NCBI GenBank assembly: GCA_030141605.1
Contig: JAQGDQ010000618.1
Span: 62,001 to 126,000 of the forward strand
Reading direction: 5' to 3'
Source: Tubiluchus corallicola
Taxonomy: Eukaryota; Animalia; Priapulida
DNA: 64,000 nucleotides
Part shown: positions 1 to 11,301 of the stretch, in pieces
Layout of the letters: every line of letters starts with the position of its first letter
Position numbering within the stretch: the first letter of the stretch is position 1
Translations under genes and position numbers: made by a program
Notes under the pieces: model-generated
The model's database searches: none
Told to the model about the DNA's origin: nothing
Seen by the model: the letters and a program-made list of their open reading frames with translations, nothing else

Positions 1-101
1 TTTTCTTAACTTTTTACAAAATTATCTTTTTCCCTAACTCTTCCATGACTTTCCGTGATAGCCTATATTTTCAAGGATTTTCCCTGACCGTGGGAGCCCT
101 G
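1..101. mobile_element. Partial MITE (family also at 12124-12538 and 48676-49130)
   Basis: Shared text 'ttccatgactttcc..gatagc...ttttcaaggattttccctgac..tggga.ccct(g)' with 49070-49130 and, inverted, with 12124-12200. Confidence 0.7.
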
Positions 102-459
102 TGTAACCAACTACCATAATCGAAAAAATAAAAAAATCTTGTATCACTCCCTTCAGTGAACAAACACAATCACTGCCGTGATTTCAAGCAAACTGACTGT
201 AATACATCTTCGGCTTTTCACTTTGAAAGCTCTCAAAGTGATAAACTAGCTAAGAATGTACAAAATAACACCCAAAATGTTACTACTTTTGTTTTTGTGC
301 AAAGATTATATTACAATTCATGCAGTTTCATTGAAGACAAAAACAGTGTCATTATATATCACTCAGCACATCTACTGCAGACACAATAACCACTCAGTGA
401 GTTACTGTACTGACACACTAACTAGAATAACACATTACCATACACATAACACACACAAC

Positions 460-943
460 CAGGGATGAGAATGACAAATTGCAAAAAACTCTGAAACAGG
501 CCGGGGGTTTTGGGGCCGCAATGGGGTTGAAATTGCAATTTTGTGACCATAAAGAGCCTCTAAGTGGACTTAAAATATCAGTTACCTTGTTTTATGCATA
601 ATTTAAAATACCCAACTATCAAGGATACATGATACCTAATTGTCTCAAAAACGTCTAAGTACAAGGCCGCTCCTATGCAAAAGTATATAAAAACTGTCTG
701 CAATTGACTCAAATAACTCCACACAATTGATTCTATATTTTTATACATAGAGATATACACGTGGTTACACTGATGTACGTGATGTAAACAATGTGATGGC
801 CTGCCAACTAGCAGCCAGCTTATGGAATTATATACTGGGTCCGTAAAAATTTTCTCAACGAATTTACGCAATTTACAAAAATGACACTGCTGGTCTTCCA
901 AAAACTGGGAATTCCGCGTATCTGCAGAAAATTCTCATCCCTT
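460..943. mobile_element. hAT-like MITE, copy 1 (copy 2 at 5415-5900)
   Basis: TIR CAGGGATGAGAAT / ATTCTCATCCCT; colinear, highly similar second copy. Confidence 0.8.
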
Positions 944-1345
944 CACAACAACATACACAAATATGTTACATGTCACAAGACTGTTCACAGAATGATATTT
1001 AAGTACTCTACAGCAGTTACAGGCAAAAAAATTGGGCAATAAAACATTAGAAAGAAATACAAGATTATTTCCTCTATCAGACGACTTTCCTTTGGACGTG
1101 ATAAACTAAGAAATCTTGAATGAGGAGAAATTCTTAGCTGACTGGTCACGGCATTATTAGAAACGGAACTGAGGCCGATTAGGGGTTTATTCACCGTACA
1201 GATTCCGGTAACAGACATCGGACACGAAGGATTTATGAATGTATCCAAACATGGCTAAGACACCCCCGGTTAGTCCAGTAGCTCACCTTAGAAACACAGC
1301 CTTGAAACTATGTGCTAGTCTTGCCACATCCATCCATATTAAAAA

Positions 1346-1959
1346 CAGGGATGCTACCGAAACTGAATTTACAAACCGAAAACGAAATCGAAAATTACGA
1401 AACGTAAGAAACCAATACCAAAACGAAACCGAACCGAAACATTTTTGCAAAACCAACTACTATTACAACTGAAAAAAGAAAATTCTAAAATATGTAAAAT
1501 ATTTTGTTTTGTTTGTCTGCTTTTATTTGCTGTGATTTATTATTTGTAGATATCATGTTGCCTACATTTCATAAATTATAAAATTAAACGCGATTTTGCC
1601 GGAGCAAACTCAAATGTGGTTCGACATCTCGACTGATTGGGCCTGGAGACCCTAAAACCTCACAGTTGTCAGCACTGAAGATATGCCACATTGCCGGTAA
1701 AAGCATTACACAAACTGTTATGTAAACAAAATTTTCGCTTTATTTGAAATAATTTAGCCAAGATTTTTCAGCAATTTTTGACATTTACGAGAAAGGAAAA
1801 GGTAAATTGGATAAATGCTAATAAAGCCCCAGAAAAGTGCTACGGAAAATTATCCTAAATTCCACTACGAAATTTAATAAATTTCGCCGAAACCGAAACT
1901 TAACCGAAAGTGCAATTATCGGCAAACTGAAATGAAAAATTCGTTTCGGTAACATTCCA
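1346..1959. mobile_element. MITE with CAGGGATGCTACCGAAAC-type TIR and subterminal ACCGAA repeats
   Basis: 5' cagggatgctaccgaaac, 3' gtttcggtaacattccag; a related end (ttcggtaacattcttg) lies near 5003-5019. Confidence 0.6.
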
Positions 1960-2422
1960 GACCGAAAAGCCCGCTCACTGAACGATGGATTGCGGTTCGC
2001 AGAGTGCCGAAGTTTATAATAAATAGACAGATAGATAGATATTTTATTTCTGAAAATCAAATTTCCAACACGAAAATTACAAACTCGACGCATACCCGAT
2101 GGTTTTATCAGCGGGTAGAGCTCGGGTAATGATTTCCAGATCATACTAACAATTTGACTCAACATAGCTACACGAGGTATATACACAGATATACAAATTT
2201 AGTTGTAAACTCTATGAAGCGAAAAAAAAACTATTTACTAAGCATTTGTACACATGTGATAAACAAATATTTTACCTATATGATAATCACAGTGATGCGG
2301 TTATATGTCCGCTAACAAAGCTATACAGTTTAATTCAAAAATCTATGCATATAGTCGAAAATGAAATTTCCAATCGACATTAATTCTCCGTCAAATCCAA
2401 TTCAAAAAAATCCATCACTCAC

Positions 2423-5400
2423 CTTATCAAAACACAAGGCACATAGTTTGCAATCGCATTTGAGGCAGATGCACGAAGCCTTCCTGGACCAGCATTCAGA
2501 ACACGGCTCTAAGATGTAGAAAAATCATTCTAAATTAGCGTTAGGAATTATCCATTTTCCTGTAATCCTAATTAATTATTATCAAACTGATACACTGTTG
2601 TTCATCGTTTATTGTTATAAGTTATTAGTTAACATTATAATCATTTGCCCAAACGAAGTTCTTGACAACGAGGTAATCAGATACATTACTGTTTATCACA
2701 ATAAGCCAATCGCGGATGTTATTTACGACAATGAGCCAATCAGAGACATTGTGACAGCGAGCAAAAAAAGAGACGTTATTTATCGACTCACTAAACAAAA
2801 AAGAGACTTAATTCACGTTAGTTCAAGAGAAGTTTATCACGTTATATTTAAATTGATATTTTCATCAGCTGGTAAACAGGAAACATTTTCTATAAAGTAA
2901 AACACTAGTTGATTTACAATGCATGGATGAACCACAATCCTTGCTGATCAAAACAGATCTCACTGGTTCCTAATCAGTCAGTTAATTAAAAACTCATAGT
3001 ACAAAAGAACAAATGTCAGATTTATCGTTTCATCATAATAGTGCCATCAAGACTATTTGTGTTTTTCTGAACGAATATTTTGACCAGTTACGGTATCGTC
3101 AGAACTGCAAAAGAAGGGAAATATAATTATAATTTCACAAAAGCAGGTGGCAATTTTACACGCATGTAATGCTGTATCAGAAAATTTCGTGCAGCTATAC
3201 GTTCTGTCAAGCTTGCCGTTGTTGCAGTACTCATCATGGCCACTCCCTTGCACACTTGTATATTGTATACGATCTGTCAAGCTTGCCCTTGTTGCAGTAC
3301 TCATCATGGCCACTCCCTTGCACACTTGTATATTGTATACGATGTGTCAAGCTTGCCCTTGTTGCAGTACTCATCATGGCCATCCCTTGCACACTTGTTT
3401 ATTGTATACATTCTGTCAAGCTTGCCCTTGTTGCAGTACTCATCATGGCCACCCCCTTGCACACTTGTTTATTGTATACATTCTGTCAAGCTTGCCCTTG
3501 TTGCAGTACTCATCATGGCCACCCCCTTGCATACTTGTTTATTGTATACATTCTGTCAAGCTTGCCCTTGTTGCAGTACTCATCATGGCCACTCCCTTGC
3601 ACAATTGTTCATTGTATTGAACTTACCAGTAAATTTTAGTTTCTAGTAAACCTGGTTTTTGAAATTTTCTCCAACAATCCAACGATGCCGCAACAGTGAA
3701 AAATATTCATTTAGGAAACGTAAAATGTGTTGAGTAGTGCTATTATGCTAATCGCGTAAGAAGAGTGCTATTGCTGGATTTATTATTTCAAAGGAATTAA
3801 GCAGGCACCCCTACTCACCCCTTTCTTTATCTTCCCCATTAGAAGATTTTTCTTTAGCAAGTTTACGCTTGCCAGCCGGTATAAATTTCACCTTGTCTGA
3901 ATGTCTGGAAAACAAAGACATGTTTTATGCTGTTGCTCTTGGAGAAGAAACATACCACAAATACCTCGCTTAATGACACTAATGCATTCAATAACAATGC
4001 GATGCTAAATGAAATGTTGTTAAACAAAGCCATATGTTGCACAGAAACATGTAATCACTTTATATTTATAAATTCAATTCTTTTTAATAGACACGTAAGT
4101 TAAATAATTGCACAAACTTACACATAGTACATGGCTCTGCAGCTATTTCTTATAACACAGTGAAATACTTTGCTAATTTTATACTCAAATCTCTATTCTA
4201 CTTTCAATATTTATACTTTTCTGCATAAATCTCACTCTCGTGAGTGCGCAGAGAGAGATTGTTGGCTTCACGCAAAAGCCGCAAAAAGGGGCACCATGTT
4301 TCAACACATATTCTACGGCCTGTTGTATGTTTAAACAATGGATATTAGGCAGGGGTGTCACTGCTAGTCATAAATTTTCCTTTCGGCTTGCCGATAATTG
4401 CACTTTTGGCTCAGTTTTGTTTTCATCGACGAATATCAAGTTTCGTAGCCGCAACTTTTGGTGATTTTTTGTAAAATTTTCCGGAGATTTTAGTCATATT
4501 TATCCAGCTTACTTATTTTTTCTCCTAGATGTTAAAAATCGTTAAAAATTTTTGGCTAAAATAATTCAAATAAAATGTACATATCGTTAACCACCTTTCG
4601 TAGCATACTTTTTATGGCAATACGGGATATCTTCACTGCCGACGAATGTGAAGTGTGAAGCTTTAAGCCCGGTTTAAAGTCTCCAGGCACAATTAACCGA
4701 AATATGAAAGTGTAATTTAAATAAAACTAAGTTTAATTTCATAATTTACGAAATATAGGCAACTGAATATTTACAAAATAAAAATGTCAATTTTTTGACA
4801 CATCATGATCTTTAACCATAAACATTGTTCTAATTTTTTGTTTATGATATTTTGCCTAGTCACCTCATCAAGCTCGTGCCAGAACGAATAAAAGCAAAAA
4901 AGCAAAAACAAAAGTATTTTATTTCAGATCCTTTTTCCACTTTTGATAGTAGTTGGTTTTTGGAAAAAACGATTTCAGTTCGGTTTCGTATTCTAATTTC
5001 AATTTCGGTAACATTCTTGGTTCTAATACGAAAACTGCATTCATACCAGATTGAGTGCTTTTGATTGTTACTCCTGCACGACACACACGTGAAGTCATCT
5101 AAATCAATCTCTGGACATCCATAGCAATTAAATCTATGGTTTTCCTTCATTTTTATGCTATCCGCTTACAGTGTAGTGGCGTTTCAGCAGGTTCAATGAG
5201 AAAGAAATGACAATAAATGGAGAATAAAGAGAAACTACTGACCTTGCTTAAAGCAACATCAGACAATCATTCTATTTTCTTTCATCGTTAAATGCAAAAA
5301 CGGGCGGCAAAATCTCGTCACGTGATTTTTACAATGCGTAAGTTTTTTTTAAACTAAGCAATACATACATGTTTGTAAAAGATACTTAGTTTATAGTAAC

Positions 5401-8124
5401 TTCGGTCACTAAAACAGGGATGAGAATGACAAATTGCAAAAAACTTTGAAACAGGCCGGGGGTTTGGGGGCCACGTAGGCAGCAACAAATTGTAATTTTG
5501 TGACCATAGAGAACCTCTAAGTGGACTTAAAATATCAATTACCTTGTTTCATGCATAATTTAAAATACCCAACTATCAAGGATACATGATACCTATAATT
5601 GTCTCAAAAACGATTAAGTACTGGCCGCTCTTATGCAAAGTATATAAAAACTGTGTGCAATTGACTCAAATAACTCTGCACAATTGATTCTATATTTTTA
5701 TACATAGAGATATACACGTGGTTACACTGATGTACGTGATGTAAACAAAGTGAAGGCCTGCCAACTAGCGGTCAGTTTGTGAAATAATGTACTGGGTCCT
5801 TAAAAATTTTCTAAACGAATTTACGCGATTTACAAAAATGGCACTACTGGTCTTCCAAAAACTCGGAATTACGCACATCCGCGGAAAATTCTCATTCCTG
5901 AATTAAAAAAGTGATATGTATGATGCATAATAAACTTCCACAGCTTTGAAAAAAGGTAAACTAAATTACTGAATAAATTTTGAACACTGCGATTAACGTA
6001 CATTATCCAACATGTTGATCTTGTAAACAAGTTTGTAAATTTTAGTACAAAATTCACGACATCGGCAAATAATTAGAAAATGCTAGAATTTACCTGTCAG
6101 CCCTACTAAACTGGGAATACTCCATTAATCCCAGAAGGTAAATGTCCGGAAGCAAGGAAGATGATATCATTTTCCCTCCGATCACCTGGGTAATTCCCTA
6201 TACAGGTAAAGCATATTATTAGTTATATACCTAAAGTAAATTTACTTGCACCACGATGAAGAATAAATAAATATGTGACAAATAAGTGTTACCACGTACC
6301 AGGTTTTTTGATAGTAGCACTTGGCAACCCTAATGCTAGATCTCACCAACGGCAAAAGCCATTCAACTCAATTGATAAAGTTATACAAATTACATACAAA
6401 GAAAACAAATCGATGCATATTAATACCAAAAATTCTACATAAATTGTGTAAATGCTCTCACCTGACAGGAGGGGCATTTCAGTTCCCCTGGTTTCTCCTT
6501 GCCGGACAGTTTGGTCAAACATCCTTCACAGAACGTGTGTCCGCAGTTCAGCAAGTACGGTAGTCGATGTGTCGGACGGTTATGATGATCTAGTAAACAA
6601 AAAGCGGTGCAAAGTAAAAAATTTCAGCAAACACAAACACAAAATTACTACAAAACTACCAAGTCATTGATACCCCTACGAGGGATCTTCCCCTTTGTAG
6701 CGAGGAGCTAACCGCCTCGTTTTCAGATGCCTAATTTTCATCACCTTTTAGCTCAACAAACAAATGGAATTGGAATAAGAAAAAGACATTTAAATCAATA
6801 TACAGAGACTAGCAAATCTCAGACAGACATTTTGATTAAAGCTGAAAAGTTGAGAATGTGTGAAATGAAAAAGATGATTAAACGCATACACTGACCAACA
6901 CTAAAATTTAATAAGCGAGGCAGAAAGCACTCGCCGGGATTCGAACTAGCATCGCTTACATGCGGAAATTTTAGTGTTCTTACTAAATGACTTGAGTTAT
7001 TCCGGCTTGAGATAACAATGTCTGTTTATTAACTGTCTTAAGAAGGCAAGAAATTTGCCTCAAAAATTTTTCTGGCCCGCACTCAGCCATTCATTAAGAC
7101 TTCGACCCTACACAGCCACATATCATGGCCCTACCTTAAAATTACAGTAGATCCAGAAAAAAATGCTGTCCACTCTTTGTATTGTGACCCGACATGGGAA
7201 AGACATATAATCATAAATTGCCATGACAGGGAAGTATTTCCTGTGAATTTCATGTCTCTAGCCTTAACGTTTGGAAAATACCACTCAAAGAAACCAAAAA
7301 GCCAAAGTAATAAATTCTAACAAAAATTGGACATAAATCAAGAAACTTCTGCCGTGAAGGAAAATATTAATAAACACACCAAATTAACCTAGCAAATTTA
7401 AATCATATATTCATAGCACATTGCTCAAACGGGATTCTTTGTACTCTTGACCACCAGTTTGTCGCGTGCACACTGGATGGCAAGTTGGTGGTCCACACAT
7501 GTACTATATCAATGAAAATGAAAAGCAAAGATACTTCTATGGAGACTTTTGGTTAGACTTTTGAAAAATTCTAAAATCTCCAGATTATATTCCAGGCATG
7601 GAAGAGAAGCCATAGTTTTAATTCACATAACATCTGTAAAAACTACCTACAGAAACTTAAAGAAAAGTGAGAAATTTATTATACTATGATGGAACTCCAA
7701 AAACAGATGTAACTGCTTGCAATTTTGTTAGACTTTTTTTTGGAGTCTGAAAATAAATCATCCCAGTCCCTCTAGCTCAGTGGGTCCCAACTTTTTTTGA
7801 CCCGTTTCCCCCTTTTGAAGGTTGCTGATTCTCGCCCCCCCCCTAGCCCACAAACAAAATGAAAAAACTGCACACATATTTTTTACTTTTATTTTTCCAC
7901 CCACTCGTTCCCCCCTGGAGGTGGGTCATCCCCCCGTTGAGAATCCCTGCTCTAGCTGTTTTTGGCTCCTGATTTCGGTTCGTTACGAGGTGGCAACCCT
8001 AGTCCTTGGCTTATCAGATCAGATCATCTCAGGCTTAGGTTATCTAGCAAGTCAGGCTGAAATACCCACCTTTCCTCGCAGGCACATAATTGTGATGACA
8101 AGAAGGGCAAGCTGGCAGCTGCAT
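2423..8124 (-). CDS. RING-HC + B-box protein, 5' part (RNF17/Qin-like or TRIM-like E3 ligase); exons 8124-8070, 6589-6462, 6197-6094, 3904-3819, 2508-2423; probably continues beyond the left edge
   Basis: Five GT-AG exons with consistent phases (1,0,2,1,0) translate to MQLPACPSCHHNYVPARKDHHNRPTHRLPYLLNCGHTFCEGCLTKLSGKEKPGELKCPSCQGITQVIGGKMISSSLLPDIYLLGLMEYSQFSRADRHSDKVKFIPAGKRKLAKEKSSNGEDKEREPCSECWSRKASCICLKCDCKLCALCFDK. This is a C3HC4 RING followed by a B-box1 Cys pattern. No further exon was found in 1-2422. The family (RNF17 vs other TRIM) cannot be decided without the C-terminus. Confidence 0.85.
3201..3620. repeat. 70-bp minisatellite, ~6 copies
   Basis: Unit tctgtcaagcttgcccttgttgcagtactcatcatggcc... 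recurs near 3201, 3271, 3341, 3411, 3481, 3551; explains the overlapping ORFs here. Confidence 0.95.
5415..5900. mobile_element. hAT-like MITE, copy 2
   Basis: CAGGGATGAGAAT ... ATTCTCATTCCTG; aligns along its length with 460-943. Confidence 0.8.
6933..7006 (-). mobile_element. Degenerate tRNA-derived SINE head
   Basis: Reverse complement gccggaataactcaag...ctagttcgaatcccggcg has A-box/B-box-like motifs but a broken cloverleaf. Confidence 0.4.
7778..7949. mobile_element. Short hAT-type MITE
   Basis: cagtgggtcccaac ... gttgagaatccctg imperfect TIR. Confidence 0.55.
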
Positions 8125-8409
8125 TTTTAGCCACACAGTATATATTCTTCTTCTAAACAGTGCATGCACTGATTTACTGAAAGGCTAATAGCTTTACAAC
8201 ATTCAAAACAAACACCTAACTTTCTAAAACCCTAGCACTTAAGAGAAAGCACGATATATACAGCCGAGCCGATGACTTAGTGCAAAATAACTAATATTGA
8301 AATTATTTAAGCACGTTATAAGATTTTAATTCAGTCTGGTTTTAAAGGCCCAGTAGGCTTAATTGCCTACTGCGGCTGTCTAGATCAACATTGGCTCACG
8401 CAACAAGTT

Positions 8410-8473
8410 TTAATAACTATTATTATTATTATTATTGTTATTATTATTACTATTATTATTATTATTATTATTA

Positions 8474-8565
<92 letters not shown>

Positions 8566-8616
8566 AGTAGTAGTAGTAGTTGTTGTTGTACTGGTATTAG
8601 TATTAGTATTGGTATT
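8410..8616. repeat. (ATT)n microsatellite grading into (AGT)n/(ATTAGT)n
   Basis: Direct reading. Confidence 0.97.
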
Positions 8617-9194
8617 CACTTTGCATACTTTTTAAAGCCTGGATAATATCTAAAATAAAATAATATAAAAGTGGAACTTTAAAATGAGCAGCAAAACATT
8701 TATCATATTACATTATGATGCTCAAATATTAAAACATAACACAGGTTTTTATAAGTACATCTAAAATTTGATGAAGATGGTATAGGATATTCTAACTTCC
8801 AACAAAATTTTGTTCTGGTATCGACACCGAATTTTCAACTTTACTTATTGAGGAGTAGTGTACGTAGCAGGTGATTGTGCTCTATTAAGAAGGTGCTATG
8901 TCGGGAGGTGGACTAAATGACAACATGCAATAATTAAAATCAATCATTCAGTCAAAATTATTAAATGACACATGCAATTTCTCAACTTCTTGTTGGTGTT
9001 TATTATTATATTTTGTATGTGACTATATTTTGGCTGTTAACTATATGAAGTAGAAGCCTAGTATATGTATTCACATCTACAAGTTACTGTGTCTATCAGA
9101 TTTAGGTTAGAACTTCCTCATTAAAGCTTACTGTGAATGAGTTCAACCATCAAAGAACCAAAATGGAGCAGATTACTTACAAGCCTTAGGACAG

Positions 9195-9602
9195 ATTTCT
9201 CCTCAAAGCATTCCACTTTTCCTAGGAGAATGTGAATAGTGTTCCCTTCTTCTATTTCTCCTCGAAAGCAATGAACTTTCCTAGGAGAACGCAAAGAAGA
9301 TTCTTCAATTTCTCATCAAATGCAATGCACTTTTTCTAGGAGAATGCAGAAAAGTTGTAATTCCTTTTTATTCCTGCTCGAAGGCAATGCACTTCTCCTT
9401 AGAGCATGCGAAGAAGGTACCCTTCTTCCATTTTTCCTCAAAAGCAATGCTCTTCATAAAGGAGTATGTGAAGAAAGTTTCCTTCTTCCACTTCTCCTTG
9501 AAGGCTATGCTATTCGCCTAGGAGTATGCGAAGAGCATTCCATTTTTTCATTTTTCATCTACATTTTGCCTAAGAGAATACAATGAAAGTTCCCTTCTTC
9601 TA
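9195..9602. repeat. Degenerate ~60-bp tandem repeat, 6-7 copies
   Basis: Recurring 'ttctcctc.aaagcaatgcactt..cctaggagaatg.gaaga...ttcccttctt'. Confidence 0.75.
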
Positions 9603-10538
9603 TCTTGCATGTGGTCATCATACATTTCCAGAAAGCATTTACACAAAGGATTAATGCCCTTCTTGCCAACGAATCTTTATCACTGTTTTTTTCCTGTTTA
9701 TTGATGAGCGTGATGTAAATTGGTTGGTTTTATTTATTATTTTGCTTTATGCATTCAGTGCTTTTCATTTTATCGTTAAATCAATTTACTGAAGAACCAA
9801 TGTCTTACAATGGCCACTCTTTTAAGTGTAGCAGCTATTACATTTTCTACCTCTCTCCAGGACGTGACGATCAGGCAATGAAAACGATAAGAAATAGTAA
9901 AAAACTCAGCTGATGATGGCGTGAATGTAAAGATCTAGCGTGAAATTTGAACACTAGAACATAACGTAGATGCCGTCGTTTTATTCTTGGCGTCGTTAGG
10001 AAAACGAGTTTATGTTCGCATGCATCCTGAGAGCACCTATTTTCTTTTTCTTTTTCACGCCGGGTTTTTGTTTGGAACATGGCTGGTTGATTTCGGTGAT
10101 TTTATTAAGGCTTTCTTCTTTTTTTGCGTATTTATTGTATTATGAATTGGCTTTGGCTGTTGAGAATTGTTACAGATATAATGATACGTTGGTAAAGCAA
10201 TTTTCTGGTTGAGAAATTGCATTAAAGTTTGAAGCGTGCATATGGCTGACTGCATATAATTTGAACATTATTACTATTACTAGCATACTTTGCCATGGAT
10301 AAGATTTTTCATTAATTCAGTGGCTCACTATGCACGACAGAAAATTTCGAATTTATTTTCGTATTGATAAACAAAGTCGAAGTTAATCGAAAGGTTTTAC
10401 CTCTAGTTAGGACTATAATTTGTGGAAAAATATTTGCTATCAAATACTTACCTTCAACCAAATTAGTTGTGCTAGTGCAGTGGCAGAGGGCGCACACTAG
10501 TGGTTGGCATAATCGATTACAAGTATTAATTACTTGCT

Positions 10539-10971
10539 AGTGGTGTAGCTATTTAACTTCGATGATTGGAACAAAGCTATTGTCTTTTTGACCGCATTTG
10601 CTAGTTAATTTGCGAGAACATTTTTAATTGGCGCCTTTCAACAAATTTTTTTAACTCATTAGTTTGTTTTGTCAAATCCTTTTTATTGCATGACCTTGAA
10701 AGAACTTTCTGAAGTCATTACTTTATTTGACTGAGCTGCCTTCCGTGTTTTTGAAATGAGCGTGCATTTGCGCAACTCATTTGTCAAGGTTGACTGATTG
10801 AACCAAAGATCAAATTGCCCCCTATCTAATTATCATAATATATTCTTGTCACAGACTGATACTGCCTGTTATGGCATAGACAAACATATAATTGCTTCAC
10901 ATGTCGCGGAGCCTTTTTAGTATGTGGCTATGTGCGTTCTGCCCCTAATTTTTTAACCTAGCTACGCCCCT
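10539..10971. mobile_element. hAT-like non-autonomous element (AG[T/G]GGCGTAGC-type TIR family)
   Basis: Ends agtggtgtagcta / tagctacgcccct; internal ~150 bp shared with 17717-17890. Confidence 0.7.
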
Positions 10972-11301
10972 ATTACTGGCTCGCAAGTGTCTGGTGTCAA
11001 TTATTTTGTTAAGTAATCGAATACTCAATAAATGCTTTTGTGTCTATAAGTTTATAATTAATGTAATAATAAGTACAAAAAAATGAAAAATGTTTTCGAA
11101 ATAATTTTTAATGTGGCAAAATTGGGGACGTAAATACTAAACTCTCCCAAACACAAAGCTCGCGAAGCTCCACCTTTAGATGGCGATCAATTTCAGACTT
11201 CATCGTATTCCAAGTGTGAATGTGATTGTTTGGAATATTTGGATAAAATTCTTTTTGAACTTTGTTATTTTAGGGATTGTTTCTCAAATTAAGTCGTCAA
11301 T

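Noticed and set aside
5060-5150. HRFNCYGC...FTCVSC, resembling half a PHD finger, as an exon of the RING gene
   Set aside because: No fitting splice sites, and neighbouring exons already join in frame; at most a TE relic.
11170-11186. CTCF-like motif ccacctttagatggcga near the EEP gene start
   Set aside because: Only a partial match of a short motif; could be chance.
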